NCBI GenBank assembly: GCA_963664115.2
Contig: CAXWPJ010000002.1
Span: 1,024,001-1,088,000 of the forward strand
Reading direction: 5' to 3'
DNA length: 64,000 nt
Source: Terriglobia bacterium
Lineage (GTDB): Bacteria > Acidobacteriota > Terriglobia > 20CM-2-55-15
Part shown: positions 19,743-29,051 of the stretch, piece by piece
Layout: each line of letters opens with the position of its first letter
Position numbering within the stretch: position 1 is the first letter of the stretch
The notes under the pieces: model-generated
The model's database searches: none
What the model saw: only the letters and a program-made list of their open reading frames with translations
What the model was told of the DNA's origin: nothing
Program-made: the position numbers and the translations under genes

Positions 19743-20206
19743 TGACGTCGGCAATAGCTTCCGGCGGTGCATCCCCCGGGTCGTCCGATCTTGGAGAATC
19801 CGAACCCTTTCTCTTGATAAACCGGCAACGAAAGCATCCGGTTGATCGCCCCCGAATACTGGACTTCCTGTCTCGGCTTGTTGCGGACCTGTCCCCGGAC
19901 GCACCCTTTTCAGTCGTTCTAATCAGTGACAGGGTGATTCATCGATACAACCGGGAATACAGAGGACAGGACAAGGCCACAGACGTTCTTTCGTTTCCGG
20001 GAGACCCGCCATATCTGGGCGACGTTCTCATCTCTGTCGAGACTGCTTACGATCAGGCCGGACGGTCGAGGGTTTTGACTTTGGAAAGCAACATCAGACG
20101 ACTCGCCCTGCATGGATTGCTGCACTTGATGGGATTTGACCACGAAATTGACGATGGCCAGATGAGAGCCTTAGAAATCCGCCTGCGTCGTAGATTCCAA
20201 TGTTGA
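19742..20206 (+). CDS. ybeY: rRNA maturation RNase YbeY
   Basis: TDVLSFP and HGLLHLMGFDH zinc motif. Confidence 0.95.
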   Translation: MTSAIASGGASPGSSDLGESEPFLLINRQRKHPVDRPRILDFLSRLVADLSPDAPFSVVLISDRVIHRYNREYRGQDKATDVLSFPGDPPYLGDVLISVETAYDQAGRSRVLTLESNIRRLALHGLLHLMGFDHEIDDGQMRALEIRLRRRFQC

Positions 20207-21468
20207 TCGAACTGGAACTATTTATAGCCGCGACCCTGGTCCTGGGACTGCTGGTGATGTCGGTTCTCGACTTCGCACTTGCCGCCGTGAACAAGATAGC
20301 ATTGCGGCGCATTACAGAACACCGGGAGGGGCGGCAGCGCCAATTGACAGAGGCGCTTGAAGAGGCGCGGGCCGAAGTGTTGATGGCCGTTCACATCACG
20401 ATTCAGACTCTGCTCATAGCGCTCGCCGTTCTCTTAACCGGGACGTTCCTAAGTTATCCGCTGCCGTTTTTCGCGGCTTTGCCGCTGGCGGCGGCAACGA
20501 CGTTGATCATAGTCCTGGCTTTCAGGCAGTTGGTTCCCAGAGCTATAGCCCTTCGAAGCCCGGCAGACGTGCTCGAGCGCCTCATTCCCGTACTTGCCGT
20601 TCCTTATTTCGTTCTTCGGCCTATCGCCCGGCTCATCACCGCGATGCTGAATCGCTTCCACCAATGGGACGAGATTGAAGCCGAGGAGGAAGAAGAGGCA
20701 TCCGAAGAGGAAATCCAGGCATTTATCGATGCCGGTCAGGAAGAGGGAATTCTCGAACAGGATGAAGGTGCCATGATTCAATCGATCGTCCAGTTTGGAG
20801 ACAAAGTAGCCCTGGAAGTCATGACGCCGAGAACTCAAATCACCGCGGCCGAGGTCGCATGGGATTTTGACAGGTTCGTTGGTCAAATACTGTCGAGCAA
20901 ACACTCACGGATGCCTGTGTACCGGGACGAACTGGACAACATCGAAGGGTTTATTCACGAACGGGACCTGTTGCGTTTGAACAGAAGTGGTGGAGCGCCG
21001 GACAGCCTGCGCCCCTTCCTCCAACCCGTACACTTCGTTCCCGAGACCAAACCGATCGACGATTTACTCGAGGAAATGAGGAGCAATGGACAACAACTGG
21101 TGCTTGTCGTCGACGAATATGGGGGCATCTCGGGGCTCATAACGATTGAAGACCTGCTCGAGGAAATCGTGGGTGAAATCAGCGACAGCCCGGGTTCTGG
21201 CAGTGCCAAGCTTCTGGACGAAGGTCGGGGAAGCTATCTTGTGCCAGGCACAACCGAACTGGATGTGTTGGACACACGGCTCGGCCTCACCGCCTTTCCG
21301 GACACCGAGTGCACCACCGTCAGCGGTGCCGTGGTGGAACTTTTCGGGCGCTTGCCCTTGTCCGGCGAACGGATCCGGCATGACGCGCTCGCAATCGAAG
21401 TCGTGGATGCGGATCGACGGAAGGTTCGGAGCTTGCGGATAAGCACACTCGCTTCGAAATCGGGATGA
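20200..21468 (+). CDS. Hemolysin/CNNM family protein (TM + CBS + CorC_HlyC)
   Basis: N-terminal TM helices, EVMTPR, HSRMPVY, VVDEYGG, EDLLEEIVGEI. Confidence 0.92.
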   Translation: MLIELELFIAATLVLGLLVMSVLDFALAAVNKIALRRITEHREGRQRQLTEALEEARAEVLMAVHITIQTLLIALAVLLTGTFLSYPLPFFAALPLAAATTLIIVLAFRQLVPRAIALRSPADVLERLIPVLAVPYFVLRPIARLITAMLNRFHQWDEIEAEEEEEASEEEIQAFIDAGQEEGILEQDEGAMIQSIVQFGDKVALEVMTPRTQITAAEVAWDFDRFVGQILSSKHSRMPVYRDELDNIEGFIHERDLLRLNRSGGAPDSLRPFLQPVHFVPETKPIDDLLEEMRSNGQQLVLVVDEYGGISGLITIEDLLEEIVGEISDSPGSGSAKLLDEGRGSYLVPGTTELDVLDTRLGLTAFPDTECTTVSGAVVELFGRLPLSGERIRHDALAIEVVDADRRKVRSLRISTLASKSG

Positions 21469-21469
21469 G

Positions 21470-22357
21470 ATGGCTGACGCTACTTTAAAATCAGGTTTCG
21501 TCTCCATCGTTGGACGCCCGAACTCGGGAAAGTCAACGCTGCTCAACCGGCTGGTCGGCCAGAAAATATCGATCGTTACTCCCCGGCCGCAGACCACACG
21601 CAACGTTGTTCGCGGCATCGTGACCGATGCTGAAGGCCAGATCGTATTTCTCGACACACCTGGAATTCACAAGCCGCTCCATCGACTGAACGAACGCATG
21701 ATGCGGTTCATGCTCGATTCGCTCAAGCACATCGACATTGTCATGTTGATCGTGGATGCGTCGGCCAGCCACGGTCACGGCGACGAGTTCGCCCTCGACC
21801 TGATTCGGAAAGTCCATACCCGGCGTTATCTCTTGCTGAACAAGATCGACAAGATTCCCAAGCGTCAGTTGCTGCCGCAGATCACACGCTACAGCGAGGC
21901 CGTCGACTTCGACCTCATCGTTCCCATATCGGCAAAGACCGGTGATGGCGTGGATGTTTTGAAAAAGGAAATCTATAAATGCCTGCCGGAAGGTCCACTG
22001 TACTATCCGAAAGAGCAACCGACCGACCAGCCGGAAAGGTTCCTGGTATCAGAAGTCATCCGCGAAAAATTGATTCTCATGACGCGTGAAGAGTTGCCGC
22101 ATGCCACCGCGATCGCTATTGAACGATTTGAGGAGGGTGAAGGCAGGCTCCAGATCTTCGCGTCGATCTTTGTCGAACGCGAGTCGCAAAAGAAGATTGT
22201 CATCGGCCGCGGGGGACAGGTGATCAAAGAGGTCGGCACTTCAGCCCGACGAGAAATCGAATCCCTGCTCGACAGGAGAGTGCATCTTGAACTGCACGTC
22301 AAGGTCAGAAAGAAGTGGCGGGACGATGAGCAGGTCCTCAAAGCCTTAGGGATGTAG
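21470..22357 (+). CDS. era: GTPase Era
   Basis: GRPNSGKS, PQTTR, DTPG, NKID, KH domain VIGRGG. Confidence 0.97.
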   Translation: MADATLKSGFVSIVGRPNSGKSTLLNRLVGQKISIVTPRPQTTRNVVRGIVTDAEGQIVFLDTPGIHKPLHRLNERMMRFMLDSLKHIDIVMLIVDASASHGHGDEFALDLIRKVHTRRYLLLNKIDKIPKRQLLPQITRYSEAVDFDLIVPISAKTGDGVDVLKKEIYKCLPEGPLYYPKEQPTDQPERFLVSEVIREKLILMTREELPHATAIAIERFEEGEGRLQIFASIFVERESQKKIVIGRGGQVIKEVGTSARREIESLLDRRVHLELHVKVRKKWRDDEQVLKALGM

Positions 22358-22390
22358 ACGGGAAAACAAGTCAGGAACTCCGACCCCGAT

Positions 22391-22822
22391 TTACCACTCG
22401 CTATAAGGCGTGCCTTCTGTCGAAAGGGCAGGGGCGCCGCTGCGGACATCCACTACACCCGTATCGAGTTGATCGGGAACCATCGCCGTCGAGCCGAACT
22501 CGACTTGCCATGTCGTTCGTGAATCGGTGATCGGATCTTCAGGAACTTCACGCAGGTAACCTGCCGCGATCAGGTCTTCAAGAGATTGCGGCGCGGTTCG
22601 CTTGTCGGCGGTGTACTGATCGATGACGGAGCGGATAGAGTGGAGGTTTTCCTTGAGGACCGCTTCTTTTGCCCGGAGGATCGTCGCCTGGTACATCGGA
22701 ACGGCAATCGAAGCCAGGATGGCGATGATCGTCAGGACGATCATCAGTTCCAGCAACGTGAAGCCGCGCGTTCGGTTCAATCTACCACTCCGAGTACACG
22801 CTGCCGTCGAGAGCCAGCGCAT
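22391..22822 (-). CDS. GspG-like pseudopilin
   Basis: Prepilin motif RGFTLLELM; AKEAVLKENL and C-terminal YSEW; start uncertain. Confidence 0.88.
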   Translation of the reverse strand: MRWLSTAACTRSGRLNRTRGFTLLELMIVLTIIAILASIAVPMYQATILRAKEAVLKENLHSIRSVIDQYTADKRTAPQSLEDLIAAGYLREVPEDPITDSRTTWQVEFGSTAMVPDQLDTGVVDVRSGAPALSTEGTPYSEW

Positions 22823-23243
22823 TGGATCGTGTGTAGACGTCGAAGACGTTTTCGCCTCCCCATGAATTGGACTCTGGATCGTCCTGGTAGGAGCGCAAAC
22901 CCCATTCGGTGGAGTTTGTCATAGGGTCAACGAGAATTCGCCTGAGAAATCTTAACCTCCTGTCTACTGCGCCGATCTGATCCACGCCCTCGACCAGAAG
23001 TTCCAGGCCCTCGGGGTATCCCTCAGTACCCAGAGTGATTTCGATCAATCCAAGATCGGATGCTTCCTTGAATCGATCGATAGCCACCCGCATTTCCCGA
23101 AGGGCCCGCCGCAACTCGACTTCCTGCTGGCGCCGGATGGAGTTTCGGGCGAGTGGGACAGCCAAACCCGCGATGATAGCGATGAGCGTCACCGTGACGA
23201 TCAACTCGATCAGAGAAAACCCGTGTTGGCGGTGCCCCCTCAC
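22782..23243 (-). CDS. GspG-like pseudopilin
   Basis: Prepilin motif HGFSLIEL; FLRRILVDPMT and C-terminal YSEW. Confidence 0.88.
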   Translation of the reverse strand: MRGHRQHGFSLIELIVTVTLIAIIAGLAVPLARNSIRRQQEVELRRALREMRVAIDRFKEASDLGLIEITLGTEGYPEGLELLVEGVDQIGAVDRRLRFLRRILVDPMTNSTEWGLRSYQDDPESNSWGGENVFDVYTRSNALALDGSVYSEW

Positions 23244-25471
23244 GGTGTGGTTATTCGGATCTCGGTGGCGGGAGCGGCCCGCGGAGGTGTTCCCGTGGAA
23301 CGGATTACAACATCGCGGATACGCAGTGCGGACGTTCCGCCGGCAAGGATCTCCAGCGTCAGTTCCAGGATTTGACCCTGGCCTTCCACCGCGTCAGCCA
23401 GGTTCGGCCGTTCGATGGTGACCCGAGCACGACCCTGATCACTGTCGATATTCTGGACCAGGGCGATGCTGCCGCCGTCCTGGCTTAGAAACCCGCCGTC
23501 GCTTATCTGCCGGAGTGCGACCATTGCCGGATCGAACTCGATCGTGAAGTCCGCACCGGTCATGTTCGGTGTGTCAATGAAGATCCCAAGTTGGGTGCGT
23601 GCGCCGGTTTCCAGCATAACGACCGGCACATCAAAGCTGAGGCGGTCGTCTCCGACTTCCAGGTCTGGGGCGGGTTCCGGTTCGGGTGCGAGTAGGAGAC
23701 TGTCCGCTTCGATTGCTTCACCGTCCACACCTGGAATTCCGAGAAAGCGTGTATTGGTTTCCGTCCCGACAAGGAGTCCTCGAAGGTTCCTGTCACTGAT
23801 ATTGGGCATCTTCACGATATGCGGTGTCAGCAGGATGATGATCTCGGTCTGGTCCTGTTGAGCCGTCTCGGTAGAGAACAGGCGTCCCAGAATAGGTATC
23901 TTGCTCAGCCCCGGGATCCCGGAACGTGCCACAGTTTCGATGTTGGTGATCAAGCCACCCAGAATGTTGGTTTCTCCCTCGCTCAGGCGGATTTCATGGG
24001 TGATTTCCCGGTTCGTGAATACGGGCAAAGATACCCCGCTGATTATATTGTTTCCCGCGGTTGCCTGTATCTGTACGACGACCTGCATCGAGATCTCCCG
24101 ATTCAGCAGGACGCGTGGCGTGATGTCCATGTTCACGCCGACATCGATGTATTGAAACTGAACGACGGGCGTTCCCGTGGCGCCAACAAAAGCCGGCTGG
24201 AAGCTGCCTTGGGCGACAGGTACACGGGAACCGATGCGGATGGTCGCCAACTGACCATCTGTAGCCCGCACGCTCGGGTTTTGAACCAAGCGCGTTCGGG
24301 AATCACTTTCCAGGAACCTAGCTATACCGTCAGGAATGACTATGTTGAAACTACCCGAGTTCAGGTTGTTGAGATCCCTAAGGTTTACTTGATTTCTCGC
24401 GCTCGCGGCGGGTCCTTCGCCCCCGACGAGCCCGGTGTCGGCCAGTCCGATACTCGTTCCCTGCGGCGGGAGTATGCCGAGTTCCCGAAGCGTGTTTCTA
24501 TCCACTTCGAGAACCGTTGCTTCGACGAGGATTTCCGGTTTGCTCTTGTCGATGTCATCGATGATTTTTTCTGCGATCGCCACCCGACCGGGCGTGTCCC
24601 GGATGATGATGGCGTTCATCGACGTGCTTTGGGCTATGAAGCGTACGTTCAGCAGCGTTCGAATCGCCGTGATGGCCTCGGTGATGTCGGTCGGGTTCAC
24701 GCTGTTGGTCAGGTAGATTGTTTTGAGGATGTGGTGCTCATAGTCCCGCCGCTTCTGCTGGTTGTCTGGCGAGACGATGAACGTGTTCTGGTTAATCGGT
24801 GTCCAGAACGTCCGGGTCTGGAGTCCCAATATGTCGAGAGCGTCGTAAACAGAGATGTCGTTCAACTCCACCGATATCTGGGTGGACCGGAAGTCGGGGT
24901 CGAAAATGACGTTGAGGCCGGAAAGTTCGGCTATCGTCTCGTAAATTGCCTGAGCCTCCTGGGTGATCCTGAACGAAATAGTGGATATCTCCGGTGAGAG
25001 CTGAAGATCGAGGTTCGGATCCGTCCTGGCGAGTTCTTTACGGACTTCGAATTCCTCGGCAGCGCTGGGGACATTCGTCGCTTCCGATTGCATCAAAACT
25101 TCCGCCCTCTCCAGTTCGACACGGGCAAGGTCGTGAGTCGGATCGAGTTCTATGGCGCGCATGAACTCGGCTATCGCTGTCTCCAACTCTCCTGCTTCCA
25201 ACGCTCTCCGACCGTTCTCAAAATGTTGAAACGCGGCGGCAAAGCGCGCCTGTTCCACCTTCAACCTATATTCGATCTCCCCAGGATCTTCACTGAGTGC
25301 CTCTTCATAGTGGGTGAGTGCTTCTTCGTAGTTTCGTAAGACCTCTGCTTCGATGCCCTGACGATAGGCCCCGCGGCCGGCGGCGCATCCCGCTGTGACC
25401 AGCAAGACTGCCAGGAAGGTGATGAGAGTTCCCGCCGGACCTGCGGATCGACGTGGACGTGTGAATTTCAT
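23240..25471 (-). CDS. gspD: Secretin (GspD-like) with N-terminal lipobox/TPR and C-terminal cohesin-like domain
   Basis: TAGC lipobox, TPR helices, secretin C-terminal motif GIPGLSKIPILGRLFS...IILLTPHIV, FDP-containing beta-rich tail; start placed at ATG 25471. Confidence 0.85.
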   Translation of the reverse strand: MKFTRPRRSAGPAGTLITFLAVLLVTAGCAAGRGAYRQGIEAEVLRNYEEALTHYEEALSEDPGEIEYRLKVEQARFAAAFQHFENGRRALEAGELETAIAEFMRAIELDPTHDLARVELERAEVLMQSEATNVPSAAEEFEVRKELARTDPNLDLQLSPEISTISFRITQEAQAIYETIAELSGLNVIFDPDFRSTQISVELNDISVYDALDILGLQTRTFWTPINQNTFIVSPDNQQKRRDYEHHILKTIYLTNSVNPTDITEAITAIRTLLNVRFIAQSTSMNAIIIRDTPGRVAIAEKIIDDIDKSKPEILVEATVLEVDRNTLRELGILPPQGTSIGLADTGLVGGEGPAASARNQVNLRDLNNLNSGSFNIVIPDGIARFLESDSRTRLVQNPSVRATDGQLATIRIGSRVPVAQGSFQPAFVGATGTPVVQFQYIDVGVNMDITPRVLLNREISMQVVVQIQATAGNNIISGVSLPVFTNREITHEIRLSEGETNILGGLITNIETVARSGIPGLSKIPILGRLFSTETAQQDQTEIIILLTPHIVKMPNISDRNLRGLLVGTETNTRFLGIPGVDGEAIEADSLLLAPEPEPAPDLEVGDDRLSFDVPVVMLETGARTQLGIFIDTPNMTGADFTIEFDPAMVALRQISDGGFLSQDGGSIALVQNIDSDQGRARVTIERPNLADAVEGQGQILELTLEILAGGTSALRIRDVVIRSTGTPPRAAPATEIRITTP

Positions 25472-25596
25472 GATGTTTATAGAAAGTCTGTTCATGGTGG
25501 TGTTCGCTAATTCAGTAATATAGAGACTCAACCCAAGCCGCTCGAACGGGGGAATCTTCCTCCGGTGTCAACATTCGGTCGGTGGGTTTGGCACGA

Positions 25597-26946
25597 ATGA
25601 TTGAGCAACGACAGAAGATAGTGGCCTTGAACCTCTTTTTGGCCGACCTCGGTCTGACGGGGGCCAGTTTCTTTCTCGCCTACGTACTCCGCGCCTCTTT
25701 CGAGATCGAAGGTTCTACCGTGATGCCGGTCGGGGTGTACATCTGGATGTTGGCGTTGATACTTCCCATTTGGGCTGTCTTGCTTCCCGCGTTCCGGGTG
25801 TATTCGTCGAGGTTTCTCCAGCTCAAAGACCAGCTCGTTCAGCTCTCCAAAGCGATTGGTTTGGCCTGGGTTGTTATGGTGGCCGTACTTTTCCTCCTGA
25901 ACCATGAGGCCACGAGCCGACTGATCGCATTGTTTACTCTGGTTATCAATTATGGGGTTCTCGTTTCCTATCGTCTGGTCCTTTATGCCCTTCGCGGCTG
26001 GAATTGGACGTCCCTCCGCCACGTCGCCATTATCGGAGAAGGTCCGGCTGCGGCGTCGTTTGCGCAATCGATAGCGAACCATGCGTCCTGGGGTCTCAAA
26101 CCGATCGGCGTTTTCCCTGAAGAGAGGGCCCGAGAAATCATCGAAAGCGGGGGTATAGACGACTTGATCTTCGTCGTTGACCGTCAACGCCTGGATCCCC
26201 TCGAAGAACTCTTCCTGTTGTGTGAGGAACTCGGGATTACGGCCCGGATTGTCTTGAACCTGTTTCCGCATTCGATCGCCCACATGGATTTCGATAAGCT
26301 CGACGGTTTCTCGCTGCTGACCTTCAGTCCGACGCCCTCGGATGAGTCGCTGCTTTTCGTTCGCCGCCTGATGGATGTGGCGCTGTCTATCATTATTGGA
26401 ATCCTCACTCTGCCGCTGATAGGAGCAACGGTGTTGGCGATCAAGCTGACCAGCACCGGCCCCGTATTGTTTAGCCAACGACGGTCGGGACTTCATGGCC
26501 GTCCCTTCATCATGTATAAATTCCGGTCCATGATCGACGATGCCGAACAGCGGCGCGTTGAACTGGAATCCATCAATGAAATGGACGGTCCGGTCTTCAA
26601 GTCGTCCCTCGATCCCCGTATTACTCCGATCGGGAAGATTTTGCGGCGTTTCAGCATCGATGAAGTGCCCCAGCTGTATAACGTACTTAAAGGCGACATG
26701 AGCCTTGTCGGTCCCCGCCCCCCATTGCCTCAGGAAGTCGAGCGCTACAAGCGATGGCAGCGACGGCGTCTCAGCATGAAACCGGGCATGACCTGTCTCT
26801 GGCAGATCACCGGCCGCAATCAGGTCGGCTTCGACGAGTGGATGAGACTCGACCTCAAATACATAGACAACTGGTCTTTGCTTTTGGATTTAAAGATTCT
26901 GATCAAAACTATTCCAGTCGTTCTGTTGGGAAAAGGGGCGCTATAA
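25597..26946 (+). CDS. Polyprenyl-phosphate sugar transferase (WcaJ/WbaP-like)
   Basis: YKFRSM, DPRITPIG, DEVPQL, GDMSLVGPRP, KPGMTCLWQ; N-terminal TM helices. Confidence 0.93.
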   Translation: MIEQRQKIVALNLFLADLGLTGASFFLAYVLRASFEIEGSTVMPVGVYIWMLALILPIWAVLLPAFRVYSSRFLQLKDQLVQLSKAIGLAWVVMVAVLFLLNHEATSRLIALFTLVINYGVLVSYRLVLYALRGWNWTSLRHVAIIGEGPAAASFAQSIANHASWGLKPIGVFPEERAREIIESGGIDDLIFVVDRQRLDPLEELFLLCEELGITARIVLNLFPHSIAHMDFDKLDGFSLLTFSPTPSDESLLFVRRLMDVALSIIIGILTLPLIGATVLAIKLTSTGPVLFSQRRSGLHGRPFIMYKFRSMIDDAEQRRVELESINEMDGPVFKSSLDPRITPIGKILRRFSIDEVPQLYNVLKGDMSLVGPRPPLPQEVERYKRWQRRRLSMKPGMTCLWQITGRNQVGFDEWMRLDLKYIDNWSLLLDLKILIKTIPVVLLGKGAL

Positions 26947-26995
26947 TGGGGTTGTTCCGACTTTTAAGCGTGGTCCGTGATGGGCGGGAGGATCG

Positions 26996-27793
26996 ATGAG
27001 ATCGCTGGCGTGTTTGGCAATGTTGATGGCAATGCTCGTTGCCTTGCCTTCGGATGCGAGTGCGGTTCAGGTGGATGGCCTGAGTATCCTGGTGGTTGAT
27101 GGAGAGATTTCGATTGATGCTGAGGCGGTGGGCTTGGGTCGTCTCTTGAGTTTGTTCGATCGCGCTGCCGGTACCGAATCCACCGTACCCACTGAATTAG
27201 TGAATCGAAATGTCAGCGTTCAGTTTCAATCACTGGACCTGGCGCAGGCCGTGACAAAAATATTTGAAGGCCTTCCTCTGGATTATGTCGTCTTGGAACA
27301 GCGACGGATCGTGGTCACAGCCGTGGCCGGGACATTAGCGGCAAGTGCCGGTGGCGTGCCCGCTCCCGTAAACGATCCAGTCCAGGCACCTGGACAACCC
27401 TTCGTTCCAGTGCAACCGCCGGTTGCGGCAGCCAATCCGTTTCAGTCGTCCCGCGTGGAACCCGCCCCAAACGCGAACCGAGGTCAGGGTGCCCCCGCGC
27501 AGCCCGCCATTATTCAGACGCCCTTTGGACCTCTGGTGAATCCGAGAGCCAACGCGCAACCCACGATGCCGCTCGCCGGTCCCGGCCAGGGATTTCCTGC
27601 GGGCGCCGGAGCGGGTTCAGTTGCGCCGCCAGTCACCACCGATGGCCGGTCCGTGTTCCCGACAACAAACGGACTCCCGGCGAACGGAGCTCAGCCTGGT
27701 TCAACGCAGTCTGACCTTTTCGGTAACACATCCCCTGCGATTCTCGATTTTAAGAATCCTCAGCCCGCGTTCCCCAACCGATCCCGGCCGTGA
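26996..27793 (+). CDS. Exported hypothetical protein, secretin-N/STN-like domain plus Pro/Gln-rich tail
   Basis: Signal peptide; ISIDA...VSVQFQSLDLAQAVTKIFEG..DY pattern; low-complexity C-terminal half. Confidence 0.5.
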   Translation: MRSLACLAMLMAMLVALPSDASAVQVDGLSILVVDGEISIDAEAVGLGRLLSLFDRAAGTESTVPTELVNRNVSVQFQSLDLAQAVTKIFEGLPLDYVVLEQRRIVVTAVAGTLAASAGGVPAPVNDPVQAPGQPFVPVQPPVAAANPFQSSRVEPAPNANRGQGAPAQPAIIQTPFGPLVNPRANAQPTMPLAGPGQGFPAGAGAGSVAPPVTTDGRSVFPTTNGLPANGAQPGSTQSDLFGNTSPAILDFKNPQPAFPNRSRP

Positions 27794-28239
27794 GCGGTCC
27801 GGTTCTTGCGGTCAACCGGAAAGCGTCTCACAATTACGAGTTTCTCAATAAATTCGAAGCGGGACTGGTCTTGACAGGTACCGAGGTGAAGTCCGCCCGC
27901 GAAGGACGCGTCAATTTAAGGGATGCCTACGCTGTGGTCCGGGCAGGGGAAGTGTGGCTCATGAACTGTCACATCAGCCACTTCTCCCATGGCAACATTT
28001 CCAATCACGACCCGATGCGGGCGCGGAAACTGCTTATGAACCGTGCGGAGATCCGAAAGCTGATCGGAAAAACAACCGAACGTGGATTGACTCTTGTTCC
28101 ATTGAAGATGTATCTGAAGAATGGCCGCATCAAGTGCGAGATTGCCCTGGCGAAGGGCAAGAAAACTTACGACAAACGGGAAACAGAACGCCGCAAGACG
28201 ATTGATAAGGAAGCGCGGCAGGCGGTGCGCGACCGATAG
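27790..28239 (+). CDS. smpB: SsrA-binding protein
   Basis: NRKASHNY, EAGLVLTGTEVKS, RKLLM, KGKKTYDKRE. Confidence 0.97.
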   Translation: MSGPVLAVNRKASHNYEFLNKFEAGLVLTGTEVKSAREGRVNLRDAYAVVRAGEVWLMNCHISHFSHGNISNHDPMRARKLLMNRAEIRKLIGKTTERGLTLVPLKMYLKNGRIKCEIALAKGKKTYDKRETERRKTIDKEARQAVRDR

Positions 28240-28403
28240 GCTGCGTGGGGGTACTGGCCCGGCAGTTGCGTTCCCTGAATTTCGGGTCAAGGAAAGCGTT
28301 GGTGCACTCGTGATCGTGAGGGTCCGAGCAGGGACGGTGGGCCCCAGGCTAATGAACGGTCAGGGAAGCGCGGCAGGCGGTGCGCGACCGATAGGCTGCG
28401 TGG
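28209..28403 (+). repeat. Perfect 40-bp direct repeat of the smpB 3' end
   Basis: GGAAGCGCGGCAGGCGGTGCGCGACCGATAGGCTGCGTGG at 28209-28248 and 28364-28403, with a 115-bp spacer. Confidence 0.95.
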
Positions 28404-28430
28404 AGAAACAGGCCTCACTTCTAAACGACT

Positions 28431-29051
28431 ATGACCCACGATCTTCCAATCGTCCCTGACGCCGACTTTCGCCGCTCCCAACGTTTCCCGGATCTTGACC
28501 GTATCGAGAATCTCGATCTCGAACCGTCGCTTGCACGCTTTGATGAGGCCATCAGCGGACGCGGCGAAATAGGAGATGTCGCTCAAGCACGATCCGTGAT
28601 GACGGACCCTGGAAAGTCCGGACTGCTTCATATTCACCGTGTCCTTTTTCATCCGCGACCGGGTGCGGGTCAGTTGCGTCAATCGTCCGTACCTGCAATG
28701 TTCAGTGGGCAGGATTGTCCGGAACCGGAATTTATCGATCGGGCTCTAGACAACTTTGAACGTTGGCTTTCAGCCGATAGCTTTCTGGAGATTCACGCGA
28801 TTGAGCAGGCCGGTCTCGTTTTGACCCGGCTCGTGGATATCTGGCCATTCGATTTTGGTAACCGAACCGCGGCCGTCGTGTTCTCTAGTTTCTTCCTTAT
28901 TCGTGCCGGATATCCCCCGTTCGCGGTCCTTCCGGCGCAGGAAGAGGCCTTCGCGGAAGCTCTGTCCGCGGCGATCCGGATGCAAACCGAACCGCTGGTC
29001 GGCGCTATTTACAAAGCTATCATCAGAGAATTGGATCTCGCCGATGGATGA
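28431..29051 (+). CDS. Fic/DOC-fold protein with degenerate active site
   Basis: LLHIHRVLF, AGQLR, IWPFDFGNRTAA (canonical HPFxxGNGR), LIRAGYPP. Confidence 0.75.
   Translation: MTHDLPIVPDADFRRSQRFPDLDRIENLDLEPSLARFDEAISGRGEIGDVAQARSVMTDPGKSGLLHIHRVLFHPRPGAGQLRQSSVPAMFSGQDCPEPEFIDRALDNFERWLSADSFLEIHAIEQAGLVLTRLVDIWPFDFGNRTAAVVFSSFFLIRAGYPPFAVLPAQEEAFAEALSAAIRMQTEPLVGAIYKAIIRELDLADG

Noticed and set aside
28246-28363. GGGGGTACTGG after smpB as a possible tmRNA 5' end
   Set aside because: No TTCGA motif, tag reading frame or tRNA-like 3' end, and far too short; ssrA is not supported here.
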